DNA of 64,000 bases from Abditibacterium sp. (GCA_965199495.1 CBDASK010000003.1:2464001-2528000), one strand, 5' to 3'; shown: positions 1-10,305, counted from the first letter of the stretch. Notes: generated from the sequence alone by a model not told the origin. Numbers and translations: made by a program.

Positions 1-1
1 A

Positions 2-283
2 GGCGAAGGCTTGATTTTGGAATTGGACGCCCGCGCTGGCGTCTGCGCCTCGACGGGCAGCGCGTGCGCGGCGGGCAGCTTAGATCCGTCGCCAGTTTTG
101 CTGGCGATTGGCCGCGAAGTCGGCCTGGCACGCGCCGGAACGCGCTTTTCGCTGGGACGCGAGAACGCCGCCGAAGAAGTGGACGAACTATTAAGTCTGT
201 TGCCCGAAGTGCTGGAAAGTTTACGCGCCCTCAGCCCAGCCACGCGCGCTGGCATCGCGAGCGGAGCGGATGTTGTGGTTTAG
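2..283 (+). CDS. Cysteine desulfurase (IscS/NifS-type), C-terminal part, truncated by window start
   Basis: GEGLILELD..GVCASTGSAC (catalytic Cys loop)..PSPVLLAIG..RFSLGR, typical group I desulfurase C-terminus. Confidence 0.85.
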   Translation, partial: GEGLILELDARAGVCASTGSACAAGSLDPSPVLLAIGREVGLARAGTRFSLGRENAAEEVDELLSLLPEVLESLRALSPATRAGIASGADVVV

Positions 284-321
284 AATTTTGGTTGAAAAGA
301 CAAGTCACTACTCACCTGCGC

Positions 322-456
322 TTGTCATTCTGAGCGGAGAGAGGCACGAACGAAGTCGAAGAATCCATCGGTTGCGAGTAAACTCGACTTTCGTCGGTAA
401 TCTTACGTTATGGATTCTTCGACTTCGTTCGTGCCTCTCTCCGCTCAGAATGACAA
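322..456. repeat. REP/REPIN-like doublet, GTCATT family
   Basis: Perfect 47-bp inverted repeat (322-368 / 410-456, TTGTCATTCTGAGCGGAGAGAGGCACGAACGAAGTCGAAGAATCCAT) with 41-bp spacer, between convergent genes. Confidence 0.9.
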
Positions 457-486
457 ACATGGAGAAGGGAGCGATTTGGATTAATT

Positions 487-1536
487 CTAATCAATCACAA
501 CTTCACGACCCGTCTTTGACGATTCGTAAATCGCGTCCAAAATCTTCTGCAACGCCAGCGATTCTTCCGGCTTGATGAACGCCTGCGCTTCGCCGCGCAA
601 AACGTCAATGAAGTGCGCCATGCGGTTGGTGTCCACCATCGGCGGCAACATCTCGACATCTTCGATTTTGTAACCGTTGGGCGTGTCGTGATACCATTGC
701 AACGGCGGGAACTTCAGGCCGCCGTCGGTGCCGAAAATCTGTGTGCCGTCATAATTATCGATGTGCGCGGCCCACGAAGCCTCCAGCAAAACCGTGCGCC
801 CGCTTTTGAGCTTGATTAAAGCAATCGCCAAATCGTCCACATCGAACGGTTTGTCGGGGTTGATTTCGCCACGGCCCCAATTTCCGTCGCCCAAGCCGCG
901 CGGGCCAAACTCCGCGTAGGTTTTGCCCGAAACACTCGCCGCATCGAACTCGCCCATCAGATAAAGCGCGCGGTCTAAAGCGTGAACGCCGATGTCGTAG
1001 GTCGCGCCGCCGCCCGCGAACTGGGTTTGCGTGAACCACGAACCGATGCGCGGAATGCCCGACCGGCGCAGCATCGCGGTTTTGGCGTGATAAACGTCGC
1101 CGATTTTGCCCGCGTCAATCATCTGTTTGGCGGTTTGAACGGTTTCGGTCATGCGATTGTTCTGGCCGACCATCAAAAGCGTGCCCTGTTTTTTCGATTC
1201 GGCGAGCAACTGCGCCGCGTCCGAGGCGCGCGTGGCGATGGGCTTATCAACCATCACGTTTTTGCCCGCCTGCAACGCTTCCAAGCCGACGGGCGCGTGC
1301 AAAAAGTTGGGTAACGCAATCGAAACCACGTCAATATCGTCGCGCGAAAGCAGCGTTTTGTAATCGGTGGTGAGCGTGGGAATGCCAAACTCGTCGGCGG
1401 TTTCTTTGCCGCGTTCGGGCGAAACTTCGGCCAGAGCCACGACAGTGGCGTTGGGGTGCTTTTTGAAGGAGCGAATGTGGTCTTGACCAATGGCGCCCGC
1501 GCCGATAACGGCGACGTTGTAATTGTCTTTTTTCAT
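487..1536 (-). CDS. Gfo/Idh/MocA family NAD(P)-dependent oxidoreductase
   Basis: VAVIGAGAIG Rossmann motif, VMVDKP, GGGATYDIGVHALD, C-terminal AIYESSKTGREV. Confidence 0.9.
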   Translation of the reverse strand: MKKDNYNVAVIGAGAIGQDHIRSFKKHPNATVVALAEVSPERGKETADEFGIPTLTTDYKTLLSRDDIDVVSIALPNFLHAPVGLEALQAGKNVMVDKPIATRASDAAQLLAESKKQGTLLMVGQNNRMTETVQTAKQMIDAGKIGDVYHAKTAMLRRSGIPRIGSWFTQTQFAGGGATYDIGVHALDRALYLMGEFDAASVSGKTYAEFGPRGLGDGNWGRGEINPDKPFDVDDLAIALIKLKSGRTVLLEASWAAHIDNYDGTQIFGTDGGLKFPPLQWYHDTPNGYKIEDVEMLPPMVDTNRMAHFIDVLRGEAQAFIKPEESLALQKILDAIYESSKTGREVVID

Positions 1537-1675
1537 GGGAAAAATAGCGATATTTAAGGTTAGCCGATTGAGCGAATTCGCGCGAAATCATAGACGTTTT
1601 ATTTCGTGGTTCCTAGGAGACGAACACGCAAATATCGCCAACTCATAAATCGGGTATAATTGCCCATAAATCTCC

Positions 1676-2662
1676 ATGAAAAATACCTCTTCTTCCGTCC
1701 GCCGCGCGCTGGCTTTTACCGCGTTTTGCGCTCTTGGTTTCGTTGTGACGAATGTAACTGCTCACGCGCAAGATGCGCTAATTCAAGATACAAATGTTCC
1801 CGCCGTGGCTGCTTCGTCGGTTGTGCCAGAAACGGCGTTTCCGACGCTGCTCGCTCTGGATAATAACGGCGTGTGGGCGCTGCATATTTCCGATGGCCAG
1901 CTCAAAATTAAGGGCGATGTCGCCATTGATTCGAGCAACAAAAGCGCGCTGTGGTCTTCGGGTGGCGCGGTGCAAATTAGCGACGGCGCTTTGAAAGTGG
2001 CTGGCGGTTATACCCATTTGGGAAACAATTCGATTTCGCCGTTGCCATCGTTGGGCGGCGCGCTGGTCGCCGATCCCATCCCCGATTTTCGTATCTCTGC
2101 GGATTTGCAATTGATGTCGCCGCAGAAACTTTTTCTGCAAACCGACCCCAACGATAACGACACCGAACTCAGTCCGGGCGTTTACAACGGCGGCATTTTC
2201 GCCAGCGGCAAAGGGCGCATTCATCTCGAACCGGGCGTCTACGTGATGAACAACGGCGACTTCAACGCCATCGGCCCCACCGTCGAAGGCGAAGGCGTGA
2301 CGATTGTGATGGCGGGCGACCAAGCCGGTTCGCTGAGTTTTTCGCTGGGCGCCAAACTCATCGCCTCGGCTCCCAAAACGGGCCAACTCAAAGATTTGGT
2401 TATCATCAGCCGCGCCAGCGGCGGTTTGAACAAAGCCGTGGCTTTTTCGGTCGCTGGCGCGCGCCTCGACGGCATCGTCTACGCGCCCAATACGCAGTTC
2501 AATCTGGCGAGCCAAGCCGATGTGCGCGCCACCAAAGTGATTTGCTTCAGTTGCAGCGTGGTCGCTTCCAAACTCGAACTCACCGGCACGCGCGACCCCA
2601 ATAACGGCGACGATGCAGCCACGGCGACCGAGAACGCTGAAATGGCACCTCAGCAAAATTAA
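1676..2662 (+). CDS. Secreted beta-rich protein resembling the C-terminal domain of TadG-like pilus-associated proteins
   Basis: Signal peptide ending AHA-Q; PGVYNGG..LEPGVY..GEGVTI..GIVYAP segments; TATAAT at 1655-1660. Confidence 0.55.
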   Translation: MKNTSSSVRRALAFTAFCALGFVVTNVTAHAQDALIQDTNVPAVAASSVVPETAFPTLLALDNNGVWALHISDGQLKIKGDVAIDSSNKSALWSSGGAVQISDGALKVAGGYTHLGNNSISPLPSLGGALVADPIPDFRISADLQLMSPQKLFLQTDPNDNDTELSPGVYNGGIFASGKGRIHLEPGVYVMNNGDFNAIGPTVEGEGVTIVMAGDQAGSLSFSLGAKLIASAPKTGQLKDLVIISRASGGLNKAVAFSVAGARLDGIVYAPNTQFNLASQADVRATKVICFSCSVVASKLELTGTRDPNNGDDAATATENAEMAPQQN

Positions 2663-2713
2663 TTCAATAAAAAATCGCAATCTACTGCTCTGTTTTTATC
2701 GAGCCAAAACGCA

Positions 2714-5700
2714 TTATTTGCTCGCTGCTTTATACCGAATACGCGGCGTCTCGGCAAAGACGTTTCTCATTATCGGCTGGTAATATTGCCAGAAGAATTG
2801 CGACGAATAATCGCCGTAGCGACCGGAAACTAATTTATCAACGCCGCCCAAAACTGGATATTTCTGCACTAATTCGGGCACTTGCAGATAATTGGCGACG
2901 TTGCCCGCGAAATACAATGAGCGCAATTGGCCGCGCGAATTGTCGCCGTCGCGCCAAGCCACGGCGGCGGGCAGCGAGACGCGCGTGCCGCCGTTGATCA
3001 GATATTTGGTCGGAAAACCGGCTTTGCGCAGACGCTCGCCCGCTGCGGCTTTGATTTCCAAATGATAATAAGCCAGCACGCGCGCGCCCGGTTGCGGCGT
3101 GACGACATCGAACCAGTAGCGGCCCGGAATGCGGTCGCCGACGCCGTTAAGCAACGCGTCATTCTTCACTTTTGGGTCGGTCGAATGGCGCAGCATGGCG
3201 ACGTGGCTGGTCAGACCGGCCTGAAGCGAGTTGCCCAATTCGTCTTCCAAAATTGCGATGGGTTTGCCAAAAGGCGACGGTTCGAGCGACTGCGTTTTCG
3301 GGTTGAAAATTTCGCTGGGGCCATCGGGATAAAAGACGAAACCGCGCCCGCTCGGATTGGTCGGTTTGCCCGCTTTCGCCGAAACGTAAGCGCGCACGCT
3401 TTTCCATAAGGCGTTGTCGTAGCGTTCTTCTTCGGCGAAGTTTTCGACGTAGCGGCCATACCAACCGTCGTAATGGACGTGCAAAACGCCCTCTAACTGG
3501 CGCGCGGCCTGCGCCTGACGGAATTGCACGGCGTTATAGAAAACCGAGTTTTTCAGGCCGTCCAACTTGGCACGCGCATCAATCAGCGCGCCGCGCTCGT
3601 CTTCCAGATGGCCGCGCGCGTCGCGAATCGCTTTGAAGTTATCGCCGGTCTCGACTTTTCGTAACGCCTGCCGCGCCGTCGGAATACGCACGCGTTCGAT
3701 GTTGGTGACGCGCTCACGCTGCGTTTGCGTCGCCGCCTCCAACTGCGCGGGCGCGATGAAATTGCCGGGCCGCGTCGGATAACCCAGCGTGTTCCACTCG
3801 CCAATCACCAATCCGCCCGCGCGCGCGAAACCGTCAACCGAATGGATTTCTTCGGCGCTTAAACCTCGACGCGGCGCGCGGAAACGCACGTATTTGTCGG
3901 CTCTGGCTTCATATTGGGTGAACTCGCCGTAAGTGTCGGCCAGATACAATGCGCCCGGCGTTTCGATGGTCGTGGGCAAAGGCCGGTCGCGGCCCGATGC
4001 GACATAATCGGCGACTTTGGTCGGGTCAATCGCCAAGCGTTTCGGGTCGGGCACGAAGCCGTAATAGTCCTGCGCCGCGTCGTATTGCGTATGCTGCGAC
4101 TCGCCCGCGCTCGGCCCAAAATTGGGCTGATGGCGCACTTTCAAAAAGTTCAGCGTCCACGAAAGCGCGCGGTGTTCGCCGCCGTTTTTGCCAAACGTCC
4201 GATCCAAAATCGAGACGTTGACCGGATAAATCGGCGCATTGAGCCAACTCAGCGCGCTCCAGCCCAAAACGCCGACGCCCGCCAGCATCAATAAAGTGAA
4301 GGCGCCGATGACGCGGCTCGGCGTGATCGGATTGCGCACGCCGCGCAATGGTTCGAGCGGGAGCGGGCTGGGTTGCCCCTGCGAATCGTCGAAGAACGCT
4401 TTGTTGATGGCGCCCGCGCGCACCGGTTTGTTGAGCGTGAAAATGCTGGAAAGCATCCACACATGATAGAGCGCCCAAAACGAGTTGAGTAAGACAGCCA
4501 CGCCGTCGCGCTGGTAGCCGCCGATCCAACTCCAAAGGCCCCAGCAAAACGCCCCCAGCGACAGCAAAAGCATCGCGATCTGGAACCACAAAGAAGTCCA
4601 CGCGACGCGCCCGCCGACGCCTTTGGGCGTCACGCCAAACGGGCGTTTGCGGCCCAAAAGCGCCGAAATCGCCGACGACATGTGAACCGGAAACGAGACG
4701 AAACCAATCTGCTGTCCCAACACCATCTGGTTGAGCGGAAAGCCGCGCGCTTCCATGCCCACATAAAACATGTTGAGCGAAAATAAAAAATAGGGAATGA
4801 AAACCGCGATATAGGTAAACGTATCTTGCTGCAATGGTTTGATGCCGAAAAAGATATAGGCAATCGGCAAACACATAAAGATAAAATTGACCCAGCCAAC
4901 CCAATAGTAAGTCGCCGATAAAAAGTATTCCCACCATTGTCCCAACCGAAGCGAGCGCGGATGTTTAAAGAACTCTGCGAAGATATGGCGCGCCGTGCCC
5001 AGTGTGCCAAACGACCAACGGCTTTGTTGAGTGAAATAGGCCGCCAAGTTTTCGGGCGCCAAAAGATAGACGAAAACGCGATTGAGATACAAAGAATCCC
5101 AGCCTTTGCGGTGCATCTCGAACGAAGTCGCGAAATCTTCGGTCACGCTTTTCTCGTCGAAACCGCCGACATCTTCCAAGGCCGCGCGCCGAAAAATCAC
5201 GTTCGTGCCGCAGCAAAACGCCGCGCGCGAATACGATTTGCCTTCGCAGATATATTCGTAAAACACGTTCTGCTGGCGCGCCGCCGCGAGGGCGACATAG
5301 GAAACGTCGGTGTTGGCGTAAAACTGCGGCGTCTGCACGAACGCCAATTTCGGGTTTTCCTGGATTTGCGGCACGACATCGCTCAAAAAGTTGGCGACGG
5401 GCAGCGCGTCGGCATCGAAAATCGCCAGAAACTCGGCGTCGGATTGCTTCAGATAATCGTTGATGGCGCCCGCTTTATAACCGCGCCGATTGGTGCGCTG
5501 GATGCACTCGATGCCATAACGCCGCGCGGTTTCGCGCGCGCCCTGCTGCGATTCGGGGCGCGTCGAATCGTCCAAAATCACGACTTCTTTGTTGGGATAA
5601 TTGAGCGCCATCAGCGCGCCGACAGTTTCGGCCAAAACTTCCGGCGGCTCGTTGAAACAGGCGACGATGCACGCCACGCGCGGCGTGCCCAATTCGGCGA

Positions 5701-6061
5701 ACATTCTCTGGCGCGTTTCGCGGTAGCCCCACATCGCCTTGAGCATCGAGTTGGTATAGCCGATGCCATGAATCACGATGAAGCCAAACGCGAAAAGGAG
5801 GAAAACTGAGCCAACTCGGTCAACCAAACGGTAGCCGGGCTGCAAGAGAGCCACGCCGACCGTGACGGCATAAACCGCCATGAAAAACAGGCCGAGCCAA
5901 CTGAGCCACAGCACGAGTTTGTGCGCGCGCGGTAGGTTGCGAAACCCGCGCGGCGCCCCGCGCGCCATGCGCGTGCGACGCGGCATGTTTTCCAGTTGCG
6001 CGCGTTCCGATTCGCTGGATAAGTCGCCGCTGACCGAGACGAAATTGTTGCTTTTTGCCAC
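2714..6061 (-). CDS. Processive GT2 polysaccharide synthase (BcsA/cellulose synthase-like) fused to a ~500-aa extracytoplasmic domain; start uncertain (GTG 6061 or nearby)
   Basis: DDS, GYKAG, DAD, QTPQ, FCCGT, TED and QQSRW motifs; multiple TM helices; no PilZ motif seen. Confidence 0.85.
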   Translation of the reverse strand: MAKSNNFVSVSGDLSSESERAQLENMPRRTRMARGAPRGFRNLPRAHKLVLWLSWLGLFFMAVYAVTVGVALLQPGYRLVDRVGSVFLLFAFGFIVIHGIGYTNSMLKAMWGYRETRQRMFAELGTPRVACIVACFNEPPEVLAETVGALMALNYPNKEVVILDDSTRPESQQGARETARRYGIECIQRTNRRGYKAGAINDYLKQSDAEFLAIFDADALPVANFLSDVVPQIQENPKLAFVQTPQFYANTDVSYVALAAARQQNVFYEYICEGKSYSRAAFCCGTNVIFRRAALEDVGGFDEKSVTEDFATSFEMHRKGWDSLYLNRVFVYLLAPENLAAYFTQQSRWSFGTLGTARHIFAEFFKHPRSLRLGQWWEYFLSATYYWVGWVNFIFMCLPIAYIFFGIKPLQQDTFTYIAVFIPYFLFSLNMFYVGMEARGFPLNQMVLGQQIGFVSFPVHMSSAISALLGRKRPFGVTPKGVGGRVAWTSLWFQIAMLLLSLGAFCWGLWSWIGGYQRDGVAVLLNSFWALYHVWMLSSIFTLNKPVRAGAINKAFFDDSQGQPSPLPLEPLRGVRNPITPSRVIGAFTLLMLAGVGVLGWSALSWLNAPIYPVNVSILDRTFGKNGGEHRALSWTLNFLKVRHQPNFGPSAGESQHTQYDAAQDYYGFVPDPKRLAIDPTKVADYVASGRDRPLPTTIETPGALYLADTYGEFTQYEARADKYVRFRAPRRGLSAEEIHSVDGFARAGGLVIGEWNTLGYPTRPGNFIAPAQLEAATQTQRERVTNIERVRIPTARQALRKVETGDNFKAIRDARGHLEDERGALIDARAKLDGLKNSVFYNAVQFRQAQAARQLEGVLHVHYDGWYGRYVENFAEEERYDNALWKSVRAYVSAKAGKPTNPSGRGFVFYPDGPSEIFNPKTQSLEPSPFGKPIAILEDELGNSLQAGLTSHVAMLRHSTDPKVKNDALLNGVGDRIPGRYWFDVVTPQPGARVLAYYHLEIKAAAGERLRKAGFPTKYLINGGTRVSLPAAVAWRDGDNSRGQLRSLYFAGNVANYLQVPELVQKYPVLGGVDKLVSGRYGDYSSQFFWQYYQPIMRNVFAETPRIRYKAASK

Positions 6062-6287
6062 TGGTAAAATTAAAAATTCCCGCTTTGCCCTTCTCTTCGT
6101 CACCATTCTCGCCAACGCGAAAAGCGGCGAGTGCAAAGCGGCGTCAAGTTTAAACGTTAAAGGCGCGCGCGACCCAAATTTTGTGTGAAGCTGTTTTTTG
6201 AGGTTGAACGCGCGCATTTCATAACAGCGGTTTGTCCGCGTGAGGCCGTTGCGCAGACGGGCAATTGAGCAAATACCGCCGCCTTCA

Positions 6288-6328
6288 TTGTCATTCCGCG
6301 AGCAAGCTCCTTACTCGCGGAATGACAA
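6288..6328. repeat. Short GTCATT-type hairpin (REP-like)
   Basis: TTGTCATTCCGCGAG (6288-6302) / CTCGCGGAATGACAA (6314-6328). Confidence 0.75.
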
Positions 6329-6413
6329 GCGGGCGTAACTGGGCAACTCTTATCTAAATCCGCTATTCTGTTCGTTACGCCGTCCTCGATAATTTCGCGC
6401 AAACTCAACAGCA

Positions 6414-7538
6414 ATGCACACGATTCCCGGCCTCGACGCACTGGCGCACAACTCCGATCTGCTCGCGCGCCTCGAAAACCAGCGCTTGGGTTTGCTCACC
6501 AATCCAACCGGCGTCACGCGCGACGGCACGCCCGCATTAGACGTTTTGCGCGCCCTTGATTTAAACGTCGTCGCGCTATTTTCGCCCGAACACGGCCCGC
6601 GCGCCGACCGCGAGGGCGAGATCGAATCGGGTCAATCTGCCGAAGGTTTGCCGATTTACTCGCTTTATGGAGCCACGCGCACGCCATCGCCCGAAATGTT
6701 GGACGATTTGGACACGATTATTATCGATTTGCAGGATGTCGGTGCGCGCTTTTACACCTATGCCGCGACGATGTTTCATCTAATGGAAGCGTGCGCGGTG
6801 CGCGGCATCGCTGTTGTCATTTTAGATCGGCCTAATCCGCTCGGCGGCGGTTGCGAAGGCCCAATTATCGAGCCAGATTTGCAATCGTTCGTCGGCGTGG
6901 CTGCTTTGCCAGTGACGCACGGCATGACGATGGCCGAACTGGCTCACTGGTTCGCGCACACGTCAAATTTGGCGATTGATTTATCATTTGCGCCCATCGA
7001 AGGTTGGACGCGCACCGCGCGTTGGCCCGATACGGAATTGCAATGGCGCCGTCCTTCGCCCAACTTGCCCGATTTCACTTCTGCCGCGTGGTATCCGGGT
7101 TTGTGCTTGCTCGAATTTTGCGATTTCTGCGTCGGGCGCGGCACGCCAGCGCCGTTTCAAATTTTGGCGTCGCCCGATTTGCCCGCCGCCGAATTCGTCG
7201 CGCGCTGGCGTAACAGCGCGATTGCGGCTTCGGTTGTGGAAATCGTGCCGACGCACGCCAAATTCGCGAACGAAAAATGTCGCGGCGTGCGATTTACGGG
7301 CGAGGCGCCCAAAAATCCAGTTGCGTTTGGCCTCGAAGTTATCGCGATATTACGCGCATCTCACCCGAATTGGCCGCGTGCGGATTTCGATAAAGCGGCA
7401 CAATTGATTGGCTCGCGCGCCGTGATAGACGCGTTGTGGAGCGGCGATTTGGCGACGGCCCAAGCGATTGCGCGCACGGACGGCAACGCGTGGAGAGCCG
7501 AACGCGCGCCGTTTTTGATTTATGGCATTGACGAATAA
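6414..7538 (+). CDS. namZ: Exo-beta-N-acetylmuramidase NamZ family (DUF1343/YbbC)
   Basis: LGLLTNPTG, LFSPEHG, YSLYG, DLQDVGARFYTY, LDRPNP, HGMT, PSPN, VGRGT. Confidence 0.9.
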   Translation: MHTIPGLDALAHNSDLLARLENQRLGLLTNPTGVTRDGTPALDVLRALDLNVVALFSPEHGPRADREGEIESGQSAEGLPIYSLYGATRTPSPEMLDDLDTIIIDLQDVGARFYTYAATMFHLMEACAVRGIAVVILDRPNPLGGGCEGPIIEPDLQSFVGVAALPVTHGMTMAELAHWFAHTSNLAIDLSFAPIEGWTRTARWPDTELQWRRPSPNLPDFTSAAWYPGLCLLEFCDFCVGRGTPAPFQILASPDLPAAEFVARWRNSAIAASVVEIVPTHAKFANEKCRGVRFTGEAPKNPVAFGLEVIAILRASHPNWPRADFDKAAQLIGSRAVIDALWSGDLATAQAIARTDGNAWRAERAPFLIYGIDE

Positions 7539-7580
7539 TAAAAAGTTAAAATATGAAGTGAAACAATCCAAGGAGATTCC

Positions 7581-8132
7581 ATGCAAAGCAAGAAAACCCT
7601 GATAGTGAGTAGCGGCCTCGTGGCTTTGGTGCTAACGGCGGCGGTTGGCATCGCCAACACCAGAACGCGATCTGTTTATGTCCCCAGCGGCAGTATGCTG
7701 CCGAATCTGCCCCTTGGATCGACGGTGTCGGTTAAGCTCAACGCTTATCAAAAAATAAGCGATGTCAGGCGCGGCGACATCATCGTTCACACGCGCACCG
7801 ACAGAGGACGGCGCGTGGACTCGCTGAAGCGGGTCGTTGGCTTGCCGGGCGATAGAATCGTTGCCATCGGCACGACTTTGAAAATCAACGGGCGCGCGTT
7901 GCCGCATAGACTCGTGCGTAAAGTCGGCAAAGTTTCGGTTTATAGCGAAACCAACGGCGCCGCCAGTTACGCGGTTCAATATGGCGATAACACTGCGCCC
8001 GCTCCGGCATTTCGCGGGGTTGTGCCCGCCGGACAGCTGTTTTGTCTGGGCGATAATCGCGATAATGCTTACGATAGCCGCTATCTGGGCGGCTTGTTTT
8101 TTGGCGAAATTCTCGGCAAAAAGGTGCCGTAA
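7581..8132 (+). CDS. lepB: Signal peptidase I (short, single TM)
   Basis: VPSGSMLPNL (Ser), LKRVVGLPGD (Lys), LGDNRDNAYDSRY; AGGAG upstream. Confidence 0.9.
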   Translation: MQSKKTLIVSSGLVALVLTAAVGIANTRTRSVYVPSGSMLPNLPLGSTVSVKLNAYQKISDVRRGDIIVHTRTDRGRRVDSLKRVVGLPGDRIVAIGTTLKINGRALPHRLVRKVGKVSVYSETNGAASYAVQYGDNTAPAPAFRGVVPAGQLFCLGDNRDNAYDSRYLGGLFFGEILGKKVP

Positions 8133-8422
8133 ACCAAGGCATCAGGAGGCGCAAAAAAGAAAATTATCGTCCGATGCGGTGCGCCATACCGAGCGTTTGA
8201 TCGGTAAGAGCGTTGATATTTCCGTTTGTGGACGCCTATTTCGCCGCTCGCTTGCCCGATGCCGAAGGTTTCGGACGGGAAGATTTGCGTGTCAATTGAT
8301 TCCGCAACGGGCTTAAATGAAAGTTGTTAACTCAACTTAACAGTTGGCGCGAACAAAAGTTTGGGTCTGGCGGTCGGTTTTGGGATGCGCACAAAAGAAG
8401 TCGCATTTTAAAATCAAAAATT

Positions 8423-10096
8423 ATGAAACAGCTCAACATTCCCGCTTTGATTTGCGGCGGCGCGCTCGCGTTGTCGCTGAGCTTTGCTACGGCCACAACC
8501 AGCCACGCCGCCGAACCGAATGCGCCCGCTTCGACAAATAAAAGGCAAGTCAATCGCGCGCTCGCCGGAACGCGGTGGCAACTGACTTCGCCGACTTACG
8601 CCGGTTTGACTAATAAGCCGACTTTGAACTTCGACGATGAGCGCATCGGGGCGTCTGTCGGCTTGAACCAAATGGGCGGCACTTACACAATTGACGGCCA
8701 AAAGATGAAATTCGGGGCTTTAATTTCGACCAAAATGGCCGGGCCTCCCGCTTTGATGCGCGCCGAAACCCAATATGCCAAAGATTTGGATGGCGTTCGC
8801 AGCTTCCAAATTTCGCCCGACGGAAAGACTTTGACCTTGCGCGGCCAGAAAACTCTGACATTCGCGCGCGCTGGCTTTGCGCAAACCAATTCGCTCGCCA
8901 ATACCGAATGGATTGCAACTCTTGCGGGATTTCCTGGCATAACCGTCAGTGGCAAAGCGCGGGTCATCAAATTCACGGACAAAATTCTCAGCACATCGGT
9001 TGGTTTGAACCAAATCAACGGCAACTATAAAACTGCCACGTCCAAAATTGATATTAGCGGTTTGGCTTCGACCAAAATGGCTGGCCCGCCCGCGTTGATG
9101 CAAGCCGAAAACGATTACATCGCGGCGCTGCAAGGCGCGACCGAATATGAGATTTCGCCCGATGGCCAAACGCTGACTTTGCGCGGCAAGAAAACGTTGA
9201 CATTTTCGCGCCTCACAGTGCAGACCAATTCCCTGACCGATACCAATTGGGAATTGACCGATCCAATTTATGCGGGACTTAACAAAAAGCCGACGCTCAA
9301 ATTTACCGACAAAGCCACCGGTGCGTCGGTTGGGCTGAACGCGATGGGCGGTGGCTACACAATTGACGGCGCGAAAATCGAGTTCGAGCAGATGATTTCG
9401 ACGATGATGGCCGGGCCGCCCGCTTTGATGAAAGCCGAAGATAGTTACAAAACAGCTCTGGCGGGCGTCAAAAGTTTCGAGATTTCGCGCGACGGCCAAA
9501 CTTTAACACTACGCGGTGCGCAGACTTTGACCTTCGTTTCGACGGGCAAAACGGCGCAGGGATTTGTGCCGGAGCAAACCAAAATCATTAACGTCGCGCC
9601 GCAGTTGGGCGCCGAATTCGACGGCGACCAAACGCCGAAATATCTGCAACTCGAAGATTTGAGCGAGGGCACAAGCTGGGGCAAATTCACCGAAGCGCAA
9701 ATTATCGGTTTCGATTATCAGCCGGGCAATCGTTATCAGTTGCGCGTGCAAGTCGAGCGCGATGCCAATAGCGGCGAAAAGCAGTTGCGTTTGCTCGAAG
9801 TGTTCAGTCAGCATTATGTCGGCGACGCGAAGCTAAATCCCGGCGATAAAATTCTGGAAGTCGCGCCCACCAAAGTCAATGGCGTCGGCGTGGCTCCGAT
9901 GAAGTGCCTGCAAGTCCGCGAAGTCGGCGGCCCGTGGCAGAATTTCTACGCGCCGATTCAGAGCTTCGATTTTCAGGAAGGCTGGCGCTATCGTTTGCAG
10001 GTCAACGTCAGCAAAATCGCCAACCCACCCGCCGACGGTTCGAGTTTGCGCTACCAGTTGGTGCGTATTTTGGACAAAATGCCGGTGACGTATTAA
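8423..10096 (+). CDS. Secreted protein with 3 META (HslJ-like) domains and 2 DUF4377 domains
   Basis: Three repeats LxxTxW..SVGLN..STKMAGPPALMxAE..ISPDGxTLTLRG, then two repeats of VAP..I.GF.yqxGxRYxL.V; signal peptide. Confidence 0.85.
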   Translation: MKQLNIPALICGGALALSLSFATATTSHAAEPNAPASTNKRQVNRALAGTRWQLTSPTYAGLTNKPTLNFDDERIGASVGLNQMGGTYTIDGQKMKFGALISTKMAGPPALMRAETQYAKDLDGVRSFQISPDGKTLTLRGQKTLTFARAGFAQTNSLANTEWIATLAGFPGITVSGKARVIKFTDKILSTSVGLNQINGNYKTATSKIDISGLASTKMAGPPALMQAENDYIAALQGATEYEISPDGQTLTLRGKKTLTFSRLTVQTNSLTDTNWELTDPIYAGLNKKPTLKFTDKATGASVGLNAMGGGYTIDGAKIEFEQMISTMMAGPPALMKAEDSYKTALAGVKSFEISRDGQTLTLRGAQTLTFVSTGKTAQGFVPEQTKIINVAPQLGAEFDGDQTPKYLQLEDLSEGTSWGKFTEAQIIGFDYQPGNRYQLRVQVERDANSGEKQLRLLEVFSQHYVGDAKLNPGDKILEVAPTKVNGVGVAPMKCLQVREVGGPWQNFYAPIQSFDFQEGWRYRLQVNVSKIANPPADGSSLRYQLVRILDKMPVTY

Positions 10097-10123
10097 TTAT
10101 CGTTGGTGAAGTAGGGGACGAAA

Positions 10124-10255
10124 TTTAACCACAAAAACGCAGAAATCACAAAAGGCACAAAAATTTCAAAAGGTTTGAAAGAACAATATCTATCGAAGAA
10201 AGTTCTACCAACTATTTTTTGTGCCCCTTGTGACTTCTGCGTTTTTGTGGTTAAA
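10124..10255. repeat. Imperfect inverted repeat, AACCACAAA..CACAAA family REP-like element
   Basis: TTTAACCACAAAAACGCAGAAATCACAAAAGGCACAAAAA / TTTTTGTGCCCCTTGTGACTTCTGCGTTTTTGTGGTTAAA. Confidence 0.8.
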
Positions 10256-10305
10256 GATGGTCAAATCTGACTCGCCAAATTCTACTTTTACTGCCGGTTC
10301 GCAAT

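Noticed and set aside
270..575. Short ORFs over the repeats (270-575, 31070-31267, 34651-34863, 37680-37958, 63126-63320)
   Set aside because: They are translations of REP-like palindromes, not credible genes.
8133..8420. Possible gene remnant between lepB and the META gene
   Set aside because: Only short frames of about 30 codons with no recognisable motif, so the evidence is insufficient.
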